Counted from the first letter of the stretch, positions 18,890 to 28,325 are shown. The stretch: 64,000 bases of DNA from Bacteroidota bacterium (GCA_036337275.1 JAYZEM010000005.1:807-64806), one strand, 5' to 3'. Numbers and translations: made by a program. The notes: generated by a model not told the origin, from the letters alone.

Positions 18890-18897
18890 TAATTTTG
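18890..18897 (+). promoter_or_regulatory. -7 promoter box TAATTTTG for the DUF2520-ubiA-maf genes
   Basis: Exact TAnnTTTG match, 31 nt upstream of the ATG at 18929 and directly abutting the divergent box at 18882..18889. Confidence 0.45.
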
Positions 18898-18928
18898 TTT
18901 GCTTAAACCACTATTTTCGTTTCAAATT

Positions 18929-19660
18929 ATGCAGAAGATTATTTTAATAGGATCAGGAAATGTAGCACATCATTTGGCTACAGCCTTATATGACGTGGGG
19001 CACCAAATTCTGCAAGTAATTAGCCAAAGCAAAAAAAATGCAGCAGCATTGGCTCAAAAAGTAAATGCAGATTCTGAAACAGATTTAGAAAAAATAAAAA
19101 AAGCTGATTTTACCATTGTAGCCGTAAATGATGATGCAATTGCTGAAGTTGTAAGTAAAATTCATAATATGCCTATTGCCCATACTTCCGGTAGTGTGAG
19201 TATAGAGAATGTTGGGGTATTATATCCAGTACAAACTTTAAGTAAAGAAGTTGCTTTAAATATAAAAGAAGTGCCTTTTTGTGTTTCGTCTACAGATAAA
19301 GTCTTTGAAAAAGTCTTATTAAATGTTGCAAAAAGTATTTCAAAAAAAGTAGTTCAAATTGAACAAGAGCAGAGAAAGACTTTGCATTTAGCAGCAGTTT
19401 TTGCTTGTAATTTTCCCAATCATATGTATGCAATTGCAGAACAGTTGTTAGCAAAATCAAATTTAGATTTTGAACTGCTAAAACCATTAATAACTGAGAC
19501 GGCAAATAAGATCACTTCCAATGCTCCAAAAGATGTGCAAACAGGCCCTGCCAAAAGAAAGGACTTGCAAACTATAAACAATCATGTGAATTTGTTAGAT
19601 AATGAAGATTTGAAGAAGATATATAAATTGATTACATACCAGATCCAAAAAGAAAAGTAG
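18929..19660 (+). CDS. Rossmann-fold NAD(P)-binding protein, DUF2520-type (ProC/ketopantoate-reductase-like)
   Basis: MQKIILIGSGNVAHHL dinucleotide-binding N-terminus, ADFTIVAVNDDAI, and a C-terminal GPAKRKD block typical of DUF2520 proteins of Bacteroidota. Confidence 0.65.
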   Translation: MQKIILIGSGNVAHHLATALYDVGHQILQVISQSKKNAAALAQKVNADSETDLEKIKKADFTIVAVNDDAIAEVVSKIHNMPIAHTSGSVSIENVGVLYPVQTLSKEVALNIKEVPFCVSSTDKVFEKVLLNVAKSISKKVVQIEQEQRKTLHLAAVFACNFPNHMYAIAEQLLAKSNLDFELLKPLITETANKITSNAPKDVQTGPAKRKDLQTINNHVNLLDNEDLKKIYKLITYQIQKEK

Positions 19661-19661
19661 G

Positions 19662-20648
19662 ATGGAAAAATTACTTGCCTTTTTACAACTTATTCGTTAC
19701 AAAAATCTTTTAATAGTCGCACTTAGCCAATATTTTATTCGCTTCTCGCTTACTGAAACTTTTTTACCTTTTCCTGCACTTTCCAAATTTCAATTCTTGC
19801 TTTTTGTAATCACTACCATTTTCATCACAGCTGCTGGCTACATTATTAATGATATTTATGATGTAGAAACAGATATCATTAATAAAAAACAGCATTTGAT
19901 AATTGGGCAGAAAATAAAGGCCAAGACGGCAATTATTTTTTATTCGATTTTTAATGCAATTGCACTTTTGCTAGGTATTTATTTATCAATAGTTATCGGC
20001 AGACTACTTTATAGTTTGGTTTTTATTTATTGTATTTTCTTTTTGTGGCGTTATTCCAAGTCCATGAAAAAAGCATTTTTAATTGGCAATTTACATGTAG
20101 CAATTCTTACTGCTTTGGTATTTATTAATATTGCACTTTTTGATATTATTCCTAATATTCATTTTCGAGGAAATGAAAGTGGAATAATGATTTTAAAAAT
20201 CATTTTAGTGTATGCACTTTTCTCATTTTTACTTACCCTAGTTAGAGAATTTGTAAAAGATTCGGAAGACAAAGAAGGCGATATGGCAATCAATGCGAAG
20301 ACGCTAGCCATAGTGATGGGCAACAAAAAAACCAAAATCATTTCATTGCTTTTGAGCTTTATTGTAGCAATTATTATTTTAGCTTGGCAATATTTTCAAT
20401 ATCAGATAATCTCACTTGGCAGCATAAAATGGGATGGGGAAATTTATGAGTCTGTACTTATTTGGGGAACGGATAAATTTGCTATTATTTATACTGCAAT
20501 TTTGCAAACTGTAATAATGATTTTTATATTAAAACTATATAAAGCAAAAACAAAGATTGACTTTTATCATCTTAGCCAGTTCAACAAAATAATTATGTTA
20601 TTAGGAATTTGCTCAATTCCATCTTTCACTTATTTCTATTTGCAATAG
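19662..20648 (+). CDS. UbiA-family aromatic/isoprenoid prenyltransferase (DGGGPS-like clade as usually annotated in Bacteroidota)
   Basis: About 8-9 TM segments. First Asp-rich motif NDIYDVETD; second motif KDSEDKEGD (DxxDxxxD). Confidence 0.8.
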   Translation: MEKLLAFLQLIRYKNLLIVALSQYFIRFSLTETFLPFPALSKFQFLLFVITTIFITAAGYIINDIYDVETDIINKKQHLIIGQKIKAKTAIIFYSIFNAIALLLGIYLSIVIGRLLYSLVFIYCIFFLWRYSKSMKKAFLIGNLHVAILTALVFINIALFDIIPNIHFRGNESGIMILKIILVYALFSFLLTLVREFVKDSEDKEGDMAINAKTLAIVMGNKKTKIISLLLSFIVAIIILAWQYFQYQIISLGSIKWDGEIYESVLIWGTDKFAIIYTAILQTVIMIFILKLYKAKTKIDFYHLSQFNKIIMLLGICSIPSFTYFYLQ

Positions 20649-20649
20649 G

Positions 20650-21240
20650 ATGTTAGCCAAAAAACTTAAAAACAACAAAATTATTTTGGGCTCCGCCTCT
20701 ACTAGAAGGCAAGAGTTGTTACACTTATTAGGCTTAGATTTTGAAATAAGAATAAGTAATAAAGATGAGCAATTTGATGAAGAACTTCCTCCAGAGAAAA
20801 TCGCAATCTTTTTGGCTAAACAAAAATCAGAATCATTAAAAAACACAATTGAAGATGATGAAATTTTAATAACTGCAGACACTATTGTTACAAAAGCGGG
20901 TAAAATATTAAACAAACCAAATAATGAAAAAGAAGCTTTTGAGATGCTATCATTTTTGTCTAATGATGTGCATGAAGTAATTACAGCTTGTTGTATTGCA
21001 AATCATAAAAAAACAGAATCCTTTTCAGTAAAAACAAAAGTGTTTTTCAAAAAACTGGCTAATGAAGAAATCAATTTTTATATTAAAAACTATAAACCAT
21101 TTGATAAGGCTGGGGCATACGGTATTCAAGAGTGGATTGGCTTAATAGGAATTAAAGAAATTCAAGGATCTTATTTTAATGCGGTTGGCTTGCCAATGCA
21201 AAAATTATACCAAACACTAATACAATTTGTTGCAGAATAG
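20650..21240 (+). CDS. maf: Maf-family nucleoside triphosphate pyrophosphatase
   Basis: ILGSASTRRQELL, ITADTIV and DKAGAYGIQ motifs. 196 aa. Confidence 0.9.
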   Translation: MLAKKLKNNKIILGSASTRRQELLHLLGLDFEIRISNKDEQFDEELPPEKIAIFLAKQKSESLKNTIEDDEILITADTIVTKAGKILNKPNNEKEAFEMLSFLSNDVHEVITACCIANHKKTESFSVKTKVFFKKLANEEINFYIKNYKPFDKAGAYGIQEWIGLIGIKEIQGSYFNAVGLPMQKLYQTLIQFVAE

Positions 21241-21260
21241 CGTTATCGGTCTACATTTTG

Positions 21261-21268
21261 TATTTTTG
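21261..21268 (+). promoter_or_regulatory. -7 promoter box TATTTTTG upstream of wza
   Basis: Exact TAnnTTTG match, 19 nt upstream of the ATG at 21288. Confidence 0.4.
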
Positions 21269-21287
21269 GCGAATAAAAATCTGAATT

Positions 21288-22067
21288 ATGAAAAAAACAA
21301 GTAGCGTTTCGGTTACCATTTTTCTTTTATGTTTCTTTTTACTTCAAGCCTGCATTCCCATGCGAAAAGTAGTTTATATGAAAAACAATCCGATTATCGA
21401 AAAGGAAATTAACACCTCTCCACCTGTACATCATTTAGAGATTGGGGATGTCTTATTTGTGCGAATTATTAGCCAGAATGATAAAACTCATGAATTTTTT
21501 AATGTAGAAACCAACACCAATTCTTCTATAAATAATACTTCTATGGCAAGTTTGTATTTGAATGGTTCTACCATTAATAGTGCTGGAATAATAGAAATTC
21601 CTGTAATAGGGGAGATCTACTTATTAGGACAAGATTTGGAACAGGCAAAAAAATCTATACAAAAAACTGTTGATGAATACCTGAAAGATGCTATTGTGAT
21701 TGTCAAATTAACAAATTTCCAAGTTACTATTTTAGGAGAGGTTAAAAATGCTGGAACATTTCCTGTATTCAAAGAGAGTCTGACCGTTTTTGAAGCATTA
21801 GCTATGGCGGGAGATTTGACCGATTATGCTAATCGGCAAAAAATAAAAATAGTCAGAACACATAAAAACAAAAAGAAAATCAATCTAATAGATCTAACCG
21901 ATCAGCAATTATTATTATCTGATTTTTATTACCTTAGAAATGATGATATGATTTATGTGGAGCCATTAAAATATAGAACATTTAGAAAATCACAATCGCA
22001 AGTAGTCCTTTCTGCACTTACTACCTTAGCACTAGTAGTGAATGTACTTTTAAAAATAAACGAATAA
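21288..22067 (+). CDS. wza: Polysaccharide export outer-membrane protein (Wza-like; Poly_export + SLBB)
   Basis: Lipoprotein-like signal (...LLQACIP), a PES-type block (IGDVLFVRI), and the SLBB block VTILGEVKNAGTFPV...LTVFEALAMAGD. Confidence 0.85.
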   Translation: MKKTSSVSVTIFLLCFFLLQACIPMRKVVYMKNNPIIEKEINTSPPVHHLEIGDVLFVRIISQNDKTHEFFNVETNTNSSINNTSMASLYLNGSTINSAGIIEIPVIGEIYLLGQDLEQAKKSIQKTVDEYLKDAIVIVKLTNFQVTILGEVKNAGTFPVFKESLTVFEALAMAGDLTDYANRQKIKIVRTHKNKKKINLIDLTDQQLLLSDFYYLRNDDMIYVEPLKYRTFRKSQSQVVLSALTTLALVVNVLLKINE

Positions 22068-22068
22068 A

Positions 22069-24486
22069 TTGATAGAAAATAAAAATACTACTAAGTTACA
22101 AGAAGAAACAATAGATTTAAAAGCAATACTCATTAAGTATGCACACTATTGGTATTATTTTATTATCTCAGTTTTGTTTTGTCTTTTTATCGCCTTTTTA
22201 CACAACAGATATTCCAAACCCATTTATAGTGTGTCATCTACTTTACTCATTCGGGATGATAGCAATCCCCAACTAGGCGCTGAAAATTTATTAGAGGGCT
22301 TAGAGATATTTAGTGGAAGGACAAATCTAAAAAATGAAATTGCGTTACTTAATTCTTATTCTATAACCAAGCAAGTAGTGGAAGAATTAGGACTTGGGAC
22401 TAGTTATTTTGCTCATGGGAAGATACTTACCTCATCACTCTTTGACAACCTTCCATTTTTAGTAACTGTGGATTCCACCCACCTTCAACTTACAAGTAGA
22501 GATTTTTATGTTTCGGTTTTAAATGAACGCCAATATGAATTAAGTGTGAGTTCAGATAATCAGCATGCCTATAATATAAGTGTCAGGAAATTTGATAAGA
22601 ACTTAGATATGGAGGTTTCTATGGAAGAAACTTATAAGTTTGGTCAAACTGTAGAAAGTGAACATTTTTCTTTTATCATAAATAAAAATACTAACTATTT
22701 TCCAAGTATAGATGACAAGAATAATTATTCTTTTGTGCTTCATGATATCAGAACACTTTTAGATAGATATGTAAAAAATACAACAATCAACCCAATTAAT
22801 AAAGATGCATCAGTGCTGAAACTAAATATAAAAGGAAATTCTCCCGCAAAGAACATTGCTTATTTAAATAAATTAATGGAAATTTATATAAATAATGGAT
22901 TAGATGAGAAAAACAAAATGGCAAGCAATACGGTTGAGTTTATTGAAGGGCAACTTATTAGCGTTAGTGATTCTTTAAGTTTAATTGAGTCAAGTTTGGA
23001 AGAATTTAAGTCCAAGAACCCTAATTTAGCTGTCACTTATGAGGAGTTTGGTGCTTTTTATCAAATCCAAAAACTATACAATGATTTATCTGTGCTTGAA
23101 ACGCATCACAAGTACTATGAGTCTTTATTGACTTATGTGCAGGAAAATGAGAATAATGAAAAAATTGTTGCGCCTTCCTCTTTAGGGATTAACGACCCCT
23201 TACTTTCAAGTTTAATTGGAAGACTATCTACCTTGTATGCTGAACAAGAAGAAGTTAAACTTACTTCCCATAAAAAAAATCCAAGGCTGATTTCTATAGA
23301 ATCTCAGATCAACAATCTTAAAAAGAATCTTATTGAGAATATCAACAATATTATTAAATCTAGTGTGATTAGTAAAAATGAACTCAGAGCAAGAATAAAA
23401 GGCTTTGAAACAGAAATAGAAACTCTGCCAAAATCTGAAAGAGATTATGTGTATTTGCAGAGAAAATTTACTTTGAGCGAGAACATTTATAAATACTTAT
23501 TGGAGAAAAAAGAAGAAGCTAAGATTGCAAAAGCGGGCAATGTATCTGATCATAAAGTTATTGATTTCGCAAGGTTAGACAGTAAAGAGCCTATCTCACC
23601 TAAAAAAAATCTAGCTTATTTTATTGCTCTTGTTTTAGGTATAGCGGTTCCAATGAGTGTGATTTCATTAAGAGACTTTTTTAATAACACAATTAGAAGT
23701 AGATCGGATATCACAGACTCTACATCTATTCCAGTCCTTGGGCTTATTGGTCATAGTGATAAACCGACTAATCTTGTGGTGCTGAATAATCCTAAATCTG
23801 CAATGTCAGAATCATTCCGATCAATAAGAACTAATATTCAGTATTTAGCTGCTGAAAAAGAGAAAAAAGTCATTGCCATTTCGTCTTCAATAGGAGGAGA
23901 AGGGAAAACATTCTGCAGTATAAATTTAGCTTCTGTATTTGCACTTGCAGGACATAAAACAATCCTTATTGGAGCTGATTTAAGAAAACCTAAAATTCAT
24001 GAAGATTTTAATGTTGACGATAAATCTGGATTAAGCACATTTCTGATAAATAAATGCTCACTTAGTGAGATTATTCAAAAAAGTCAAGTAGAGAATATGG
24101 ATATTATCACTTCAGGGCCAAGTCCTCCAAATCCTGCAGAACTGCTTGAGAATCCAAAAATGGATGAGTTTATTCAGCAGTTACAAAAAACTTACACCTA
24201 TATATTTATTGATACCCCGCCTATTGGCTTGGTTACTGATGGGGTGAGTTTAATGAAATATGCAGACATTAATCTATATATGGTCCGCCATAAGTATTCA
24301 AAGAAAAAGATGTTATCTATTGCAAATACACTTTTTGAGAGTAAAAGAGTAAATAATTTGAATATTATAATCAATGACTTCCAACATACTCAGAATGCTT
24401 ATGGGTATGGATACGGTTATGGATACGGCTATGGTTATCGCTATAGTGATGGTTATGGGTATTATGAGGAGGATGAAAAAGCATAA
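22069..24486 (+). CDS. wzc: Wzc-like polysaccharide co-polymerase / BY-tyrosine kinase
   Basis: Wzz/GumC-type N-terminal domain with two TM segments. The cytoplasmic kinase domain has Walker A SSSIGGEGKTF, Walker A' ILIGADLRKP and Walker B IFIDTPPIG, plus a Tyr-rich C-terminal tail. TTG start lies 1 nt after the wza stop. Confidence 0.87.
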   Translation: MIENKNTTKLQEETIDLKAILIKYAHYWYYFIISVLFCLFIAFLHNRYSKPIYSVSSTLLIRDDSNPQLGAENLLEGLEIFSGRTNLKNEIALLNSYSITKQVVEELGLGTSYFAHGKILTSSLFDNLPFLVTVDSTHLQLTSRDFYVSVLNERQYELSVSSDNQHAYNISVRKFDKNLDMEVSMEETYKFGQTVESEHFSFIINKNTNYFPSIDDKNNYSFVLHDIRTLLDRYVKNTTINPINKDASVLKLNIKGNSPAKNIAYLNKLMEIYINNGLDEKNKMASNTVEFIEGQLISVSDSLSLIESSLEEFKSKNPNLAVTYEEFGAFYQIQKLYNDLSVLETHHKYYESLLTYVQENENNEKIVAPSSLGINDPLLSSLIGRLSTLYAEQEEVKLTSHKKNPRLISIESQINNLKKNLIENINNIIKSSVISKNELRARIKGFETEIETLPKSERDYVYLQRKFTLSENIYKYLLEKKEEAKIAKAGNVSDHKVIDFARLDSKEPISPKKNLAYFIALVLGIAVPMSVISLRDFFNNTIRSRSDITDSTSIPVLGLIGHSDKPTNLVVLNNPKSAMSESFRSIRTNIQYLAAEKEKKVIAISSSIGGEGKTFCSINLASVFALAGHKTILIGADLRKPKIHEDFNVDDKSGLSTFLINKCSLSEIIQKSQVENMDIITSGPSPPNPAELLENPKMDEFIQQLQKTYTYIFIDTPPIGLVTDGVSLMKYADINLYMVRHKYSKKKMLSIANTLFESKRVNNLNIIINDFQHTQNAYGYGYGYGYGYGYRYSDGYGYYEEDEKA

Positions 24487-24540
24487 ATACAAAACTAATT
24501 TTTTATAATTTCTATTATAATCTCTTTAGTTTTAACAGTT

Positions 24541-24823
24541 TTGCAAAAAAATAAAAGTCGTAAAAAAGAAGAAAAAAATACTCCTGCTGCTTGTATTCAA
24601 GATTTACAATTTCTCGGAGAATTTGGAGGCGTAAATCCTTCATTTTCTGATTCTTCCACTTTTTCTTATTTAGCTGAAAAAAATGGGACTTTCTGATGGT
24701 TTAGTATTTATCTCTATTGGGTTAGATAACGATATTGATAAAACCTATCATAAGAGTATGATTACTTGTATGAAAAAAAGTAGGAATCTTCTAAAAAATA
24801 CTTTTTTATCTTTACCATCTTAA
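24541..24823 (+). pseudogene. Relic of a Cys/Met-metabolism PLP-dependent enzyme (methionine gamma-lyase / cystathionine lyase family): N-terminal ~50 codons joined out of frame to the C-terminal ~25 codons
   Basis: Frame 1 (24541..24696) reads LQKNKSRKKEEKNTPAACIQDLQFLGEFGGVNPSFSDSSTFSYLAEKNGTF*. Frame 2 (24695..24823) reads DGLVFISIGLDNDIDKTYHKSMITCMKKSRNLL...*. The first resembles the conserved N-terminal GExGGVNPSxxDSSTF block. The second resembles the C-terminal LxRxSxGLExxxDLxxD block of that family. The roughly 300 codons in between are missing. Confidence 0.5.
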
Positions 24824-24839
24824 ATTTTAAACCACTAAG

Positions 24840-26276
24840 ATGACGGATAAAAAAACACCTTACTTTCTTGCATTATTACCCATCTTGTTGCTAATTAGTT
24901 TACTAGCTTACAATGTGTTTTTATATGGAGACAATTCTTTATCAGGAGCAAACCAATTGGCGTTATTATTAGCTGGTGCATCAGCTGCAATAATTGGTGT
25001 TAAATATGGAACTACCTGGGAAGTCATAATTTCTGGAATTACTAAAAGTATCAGCTCAACTACTCCGGCTCTTATTATTCTATTACTTATTGGCTCGTTA
25101 GCTGGCACTTGGCTTTTAAGCGGTATTGTTCCTGCAATGATTTATTATGGACTACAAATTTTAAGTCCTAAAATCTTTCTCTTGGCAACATGTGTTATTT
25201 GCGCTATCGTTTCTCTTGCTACAGGAAGTTCTTGGAGTACTATTGCAACTATTGGTATTGCTCTTATTGGTGTTGGTCAGGCTCTGGGTTTTTCAATGGG
25301 CATAACAGCTGGCGCTATTATATCCGGAGCTTATTTTGGAGATAAAATGTCTCCTCTATCAGACACTACCAATCTTGCTCCAACTATGGCAGGAACAGAT
25401 TTATTTACTCATATTCGGTATATGATGTATACAACTATACCTTCTTTTATTATTACGCTTATTCTTTTTGTGATTATAGGCCTCAATTACCAAGTTCATA
25501 CTTTGTATGATGTAAATGATTTACTAATAGCTATTGAAAACACATTTACTATAAACGGTTGGTTATTTCTTGTTCCCGCCCTAGTTATTATGTTAATCGT
25601 GAAAAAAATAGCGCCTATTCCTGCACTTTTAGCTGGTACACTTGCAGGAGGTTTGTTTGCTGTTATGTTTCAGCCAAATATTATTTTATCTGTAAGTGAA
25701 GAAGATGTCTTTTCGATGAAAGCATCATATCTAGCGATTATAAATGCAATGGGCAACGAAATTACTATCTTTACTGAGAATGAAATGATAAATGAGTTAT
25801 TATCTACAGGAGGAATGTATGGGATGCTAAATACCATTTGGCTAATCATTTGCGCAATGATCTTTGGAGGAACTATGGAAGCAACTCATTTACTACGGAG
25901 AATAAGTGAGCCAATTCTTCAGTTAGCAAACAGCACAGGCTCTTTAGTGGCTACAACTGCAGGCACTTGTATATTCTTTAATATTACTGCATCGGATCAA
26001 TATTTGTCAATTGTTGTCCCAGGCCGAATGTTTGCAAACGCCTATAAAGAAAAAGGATTAGCTTCAGAGAATCTAAGCAGAACATTGGAAGATTCAGGAA
26101 CAGTTACTTCTGTCCTTATTCCCTGGAATACTTGTGGAGCAACACAATCTGCTATTTTAGGGGTCACAACTTTTACCTATTTGCCGTATTGTTTTTTTAA
26201 TATTATTAGTCCATTTATGACCATTGCTTACGCTTATTTAAGAATCAAAATTAAACACTTAAACAATAGGTTTTGA
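24840..26276 (+). CDS. nhaC: NhaC-family antiporter/transporter
   Basis: 478-aa protein with about 12 TM segments and the family-typical N-terminus (SLSGANQLALLLAGASAAIIG) and the blocks GSSWSTIATIGIAL, YFGDKMSPLSDTTNLAP and PWNTCGA. Confidence 0.85.
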   Translation: MTDKKTPYFLALLPILLLISLLAYNVFLYGDNSLSGANQLALLLAGASAAIIGVKYGTTWEVIISGITKSISSTTPALIILLLIGSLAGTWLLSGIVPAMIYYGLQILSPKIFLLATCVICAIVSLATGSSWSTIATIGIALIGVGQALGFSMGITAGAIISGAYFGDKMSPLSDTTNLAPTMAGTDLFTHIRYMMYTTIPSFIITLILFVIIGLNYQVHTLYDVNDLLIAIENTFTINGWLFLVPALVIMLIVKKIAPIPALLAGTLAGGLFAVMFQPNIILSVSEEDVFSMKASYLAIINAMGNEITIFTENEMINELLSTGGMYGMLNTIWLIICAMIFGGTMEATHLLRRISEPILQLANSTGSLVATTAGTCIFFNITASDQYLSIVVPGRMFANAYKEKGLASENLSRTLEDSGTVTSVLIPWNTCGATQSAILGVTTFTYLPYCFFNIISPFMTIAYAYLRIKIKHLNNRF

Positions 26277-26325
26277 TAGCATAAGATTTTTTTCTAATCA
26301 TTGAAAAAAGAATAATATATAATAG

Positions 26326-26333
26326 TATATTTG
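26326..26333 (+). promoter_or_regulatory. -7 promoter box TATATTTG upstream of the first T9SS paralogue
   Basis: Exact TAnnTTTG match in the 135-bp intergenic region, 78 nt upstream of the ATG at 26412. Confidence 0.4.
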
Positions 26334-26411
26334 CATCTTATATAATTGGCAATTCAAAAACTTCAATAACAGAGAAAATTACAATTGAATAAACAATAAA
26401 AACAACAAACA

Positions 26412-28301
26412 ATGAAAAAAACTCTACACATCACAACATTTATGTTAGCTTCACTGCTTTCATTTGGACAGCTTTCTATAAATTCTTTTCAGGTAGAAAG
26501 TAAAGCAACTACAAAAGTAAGTCCAATGCCAGAGATAAAATCAGCAAATCCTTTTTGGTCAGAAGATTTTGCAAACGGTATTCCAACTACTTGGACTAAT
26601 TCAACTGCACCTTGGGTGTACAGAGGTCCTAGCACTAACCCAGGAATAACTACAGGAAGTCAGGGAGCTTATGGAACCAACAGCGGCACAATTACTTCTT
26701 CAACACCTACAAATGGTTTTATAATCTTTGACTCAGATTATTATGACAATAATGGTGTTGTTGGTGCATTTGGCACAGGCATGTATCCAACGCCACATAA
26801 TGGAGAATTAATGACTGATGTAATTGACTTGTCTATGTATTCAGATGTTATGATTAGAATGAACAGTTATTTTAGAACCTTTGCTGGTCAAGCTTTTGTT
26901 AGATTCTATGTTAATGGAGTGCTTGATTCCGAGGTGCAAGTCCATGCAGATCTTGATGTTAATGATTCAAGTCCTGATGATGGTGTTGCTCTTGTTCGTT
27001 TTCCAAATACAGTGCCTGGAAATTCAAATGTACAGATGGCTTTTATTTTTGAAGGCACTACGAATCTTGTGAATAGTATGGGTGGGTATTATTTTTGGAT
27101 GCTTGATGATATTGAACTTATTGAAACACCAGCACATTTAATGACTGTAACTGATGTTAAACATGGTGGCTGGAATTCTATTCCTGTATCTCAAGGATTT
27201 AGTATGGACTATACCTTTAAGCCACTTATTCAGTCTAATGCTAATCCTTATACTTTTGAAATGATTCTTGCGAATATTGGTGCTGATGATTTGACAGGTG
27301 CTCGAATGAATATTGAAGTATATGATGATATCAATATGCAAGTTTTTTCATCTAACTCAGTTGCTAATACATTAGTAACTCTTGATACAGCCTTGTATGT
27401 TGCGCAACAAACTTATGCGCCTGCAAATATGGGAATATACAATATGCGATTCTGGGGAAGTTCAGATAGTATTGCTTATACCGATACCACTTATATGCAA
27501 GCTATTATTACTGATTCAGTTTATGGAAGAGATTATGGAAATCCTGCAGGAAGTTGGAGAGTTGGAAGACAATGTGGAGGTTTGCAAGTTGGTAATATAT
27601 TTGATGTATATGCTACTGATGATTTGACTTCTGTTTCTGCTTATGTAGCCGATTATTCAGTTGCTGGCGCAACAATGTTTGGGGTATTGTATGAAGTAGA
27701 CACTACTTCAAGTCCAATGAGTTTTATTTTTTTAGATCAAACAGATAATTATACAATCCAAACTGCTGATATAGATGCTTGGGTAACTATTCCTTTTAAT
27801 TCAGCAATATCTATTGACCCTCAATTGGGTCAGCAATATATGATTGCAATTGGTGGATATGCTCATCCAATTGACACTTTTGGCATTAGTGTTTCTGGAG
27901 AGGCAGAAGTTACCATGTCAAGAATTCAAGATAATGGTTGTAATTTAGGAAGTCAAGGTTTTGGTTATTGGTACTGGGTGAGCGAAACGCCAATGGTTCG
28001 TATGAATTTTGGTACACCTTCGATACCTGCATCTATTAAGGAAACTTCTTTTAATGAAAACTTGAGTATTTACCCTAATCCTACAAACGGGATATTCACA
28101 GTTGAAATACGTGATGTGCAGACGGATGTTTACACCATTAAAGTTACAAATGTACTTGGCCAAATGATATTTGAAAGCACCAATTCAATCAATGGTATTT
28201 ATAAAGAAAATATTGATTTGTCTGCTTTCCAAAAAGGAGTTTATCTAATTGGAATTAATAATTCAACAACTACAATAACTGAAAGGATTATTGTTGAATA
28301 A
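26412..28301 (+). CDS. Secreted protein of unknown function with type-A T9SS C-terminal sorting domain (paralogue 1)
   Basis: Signal peptide. N-terminal block PFWSEDFANGIPTTWTN (MAM / choice-of-anchor-J-like opening). C-terminal LSIYPNPTNGIFTVEI...GVYLIGINNSTTTITERIIVE, a T9SS CTD. Colinear similarity to 28405..30252. Confidence 0.78.
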   Translation: MKKTLHITTFMLASLLSFGQLSINSFQVESKATTKVSPMPEIKSANPFWSEDFANGIPTTWTNSTAPWVYRGPSTNPGITTGSQGAYGTNSGTITSSTPTNGFIIFDSDYYDNNGVVGAFGTGMYPTPHNGELMTDVIDLSMYSDVMIRMNSYFRTFAGQAFVRFYVNGVLDSEVQVHADLDVNDSSPDDGVALVRFPNTVPGNSNVQMAFIFEGTTNLVNSMGGYYFWMLDDIELIETPAHLMTVTDVKHGGWNSIPVSQGFSMDYTFKPLIQSNANPYTFEMILANIGADDLTGARMNIEVYDDINMQVFSSNSVANTLVTLDTALYVAQQTYAPANMGIYNMRFWGSSDSIAYTDTTYMQAIITDSVYGRDYGNPAGSWRVGRQCGGLQVGNIFDVYATDDLTSVSAYVADYSVAGATMFGVLYEVDTTSSPMSFIFLDQTDNYTIQTADIDAWVTIPFNSAISIDPQLGQQYMIAIGGYAHPIDTFGISVSGEAEVTMSRIQDNGCNLGSQGFGYWYWVSETPMVRMNFGTPSIPASIKETSFNENLSIYPNPTNGIFTVEIRDVQTDVYTIKVTNVLGQMIFESTNSINGIYKENIDLSAFQKGVYLIGINNSTTTITERIIVE

Positions 28302-28325
28302 CAAATAAAGGTATTGTTTATTTTG

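Noticed and set aside
24400-24465. The GY repeat region as a non-coding tandem repeat or VNTR
   Set aside because: It lies in frame within wzc and codes for the Tyr cluster. The nucleotide units are imperfect because of synonymous variation.
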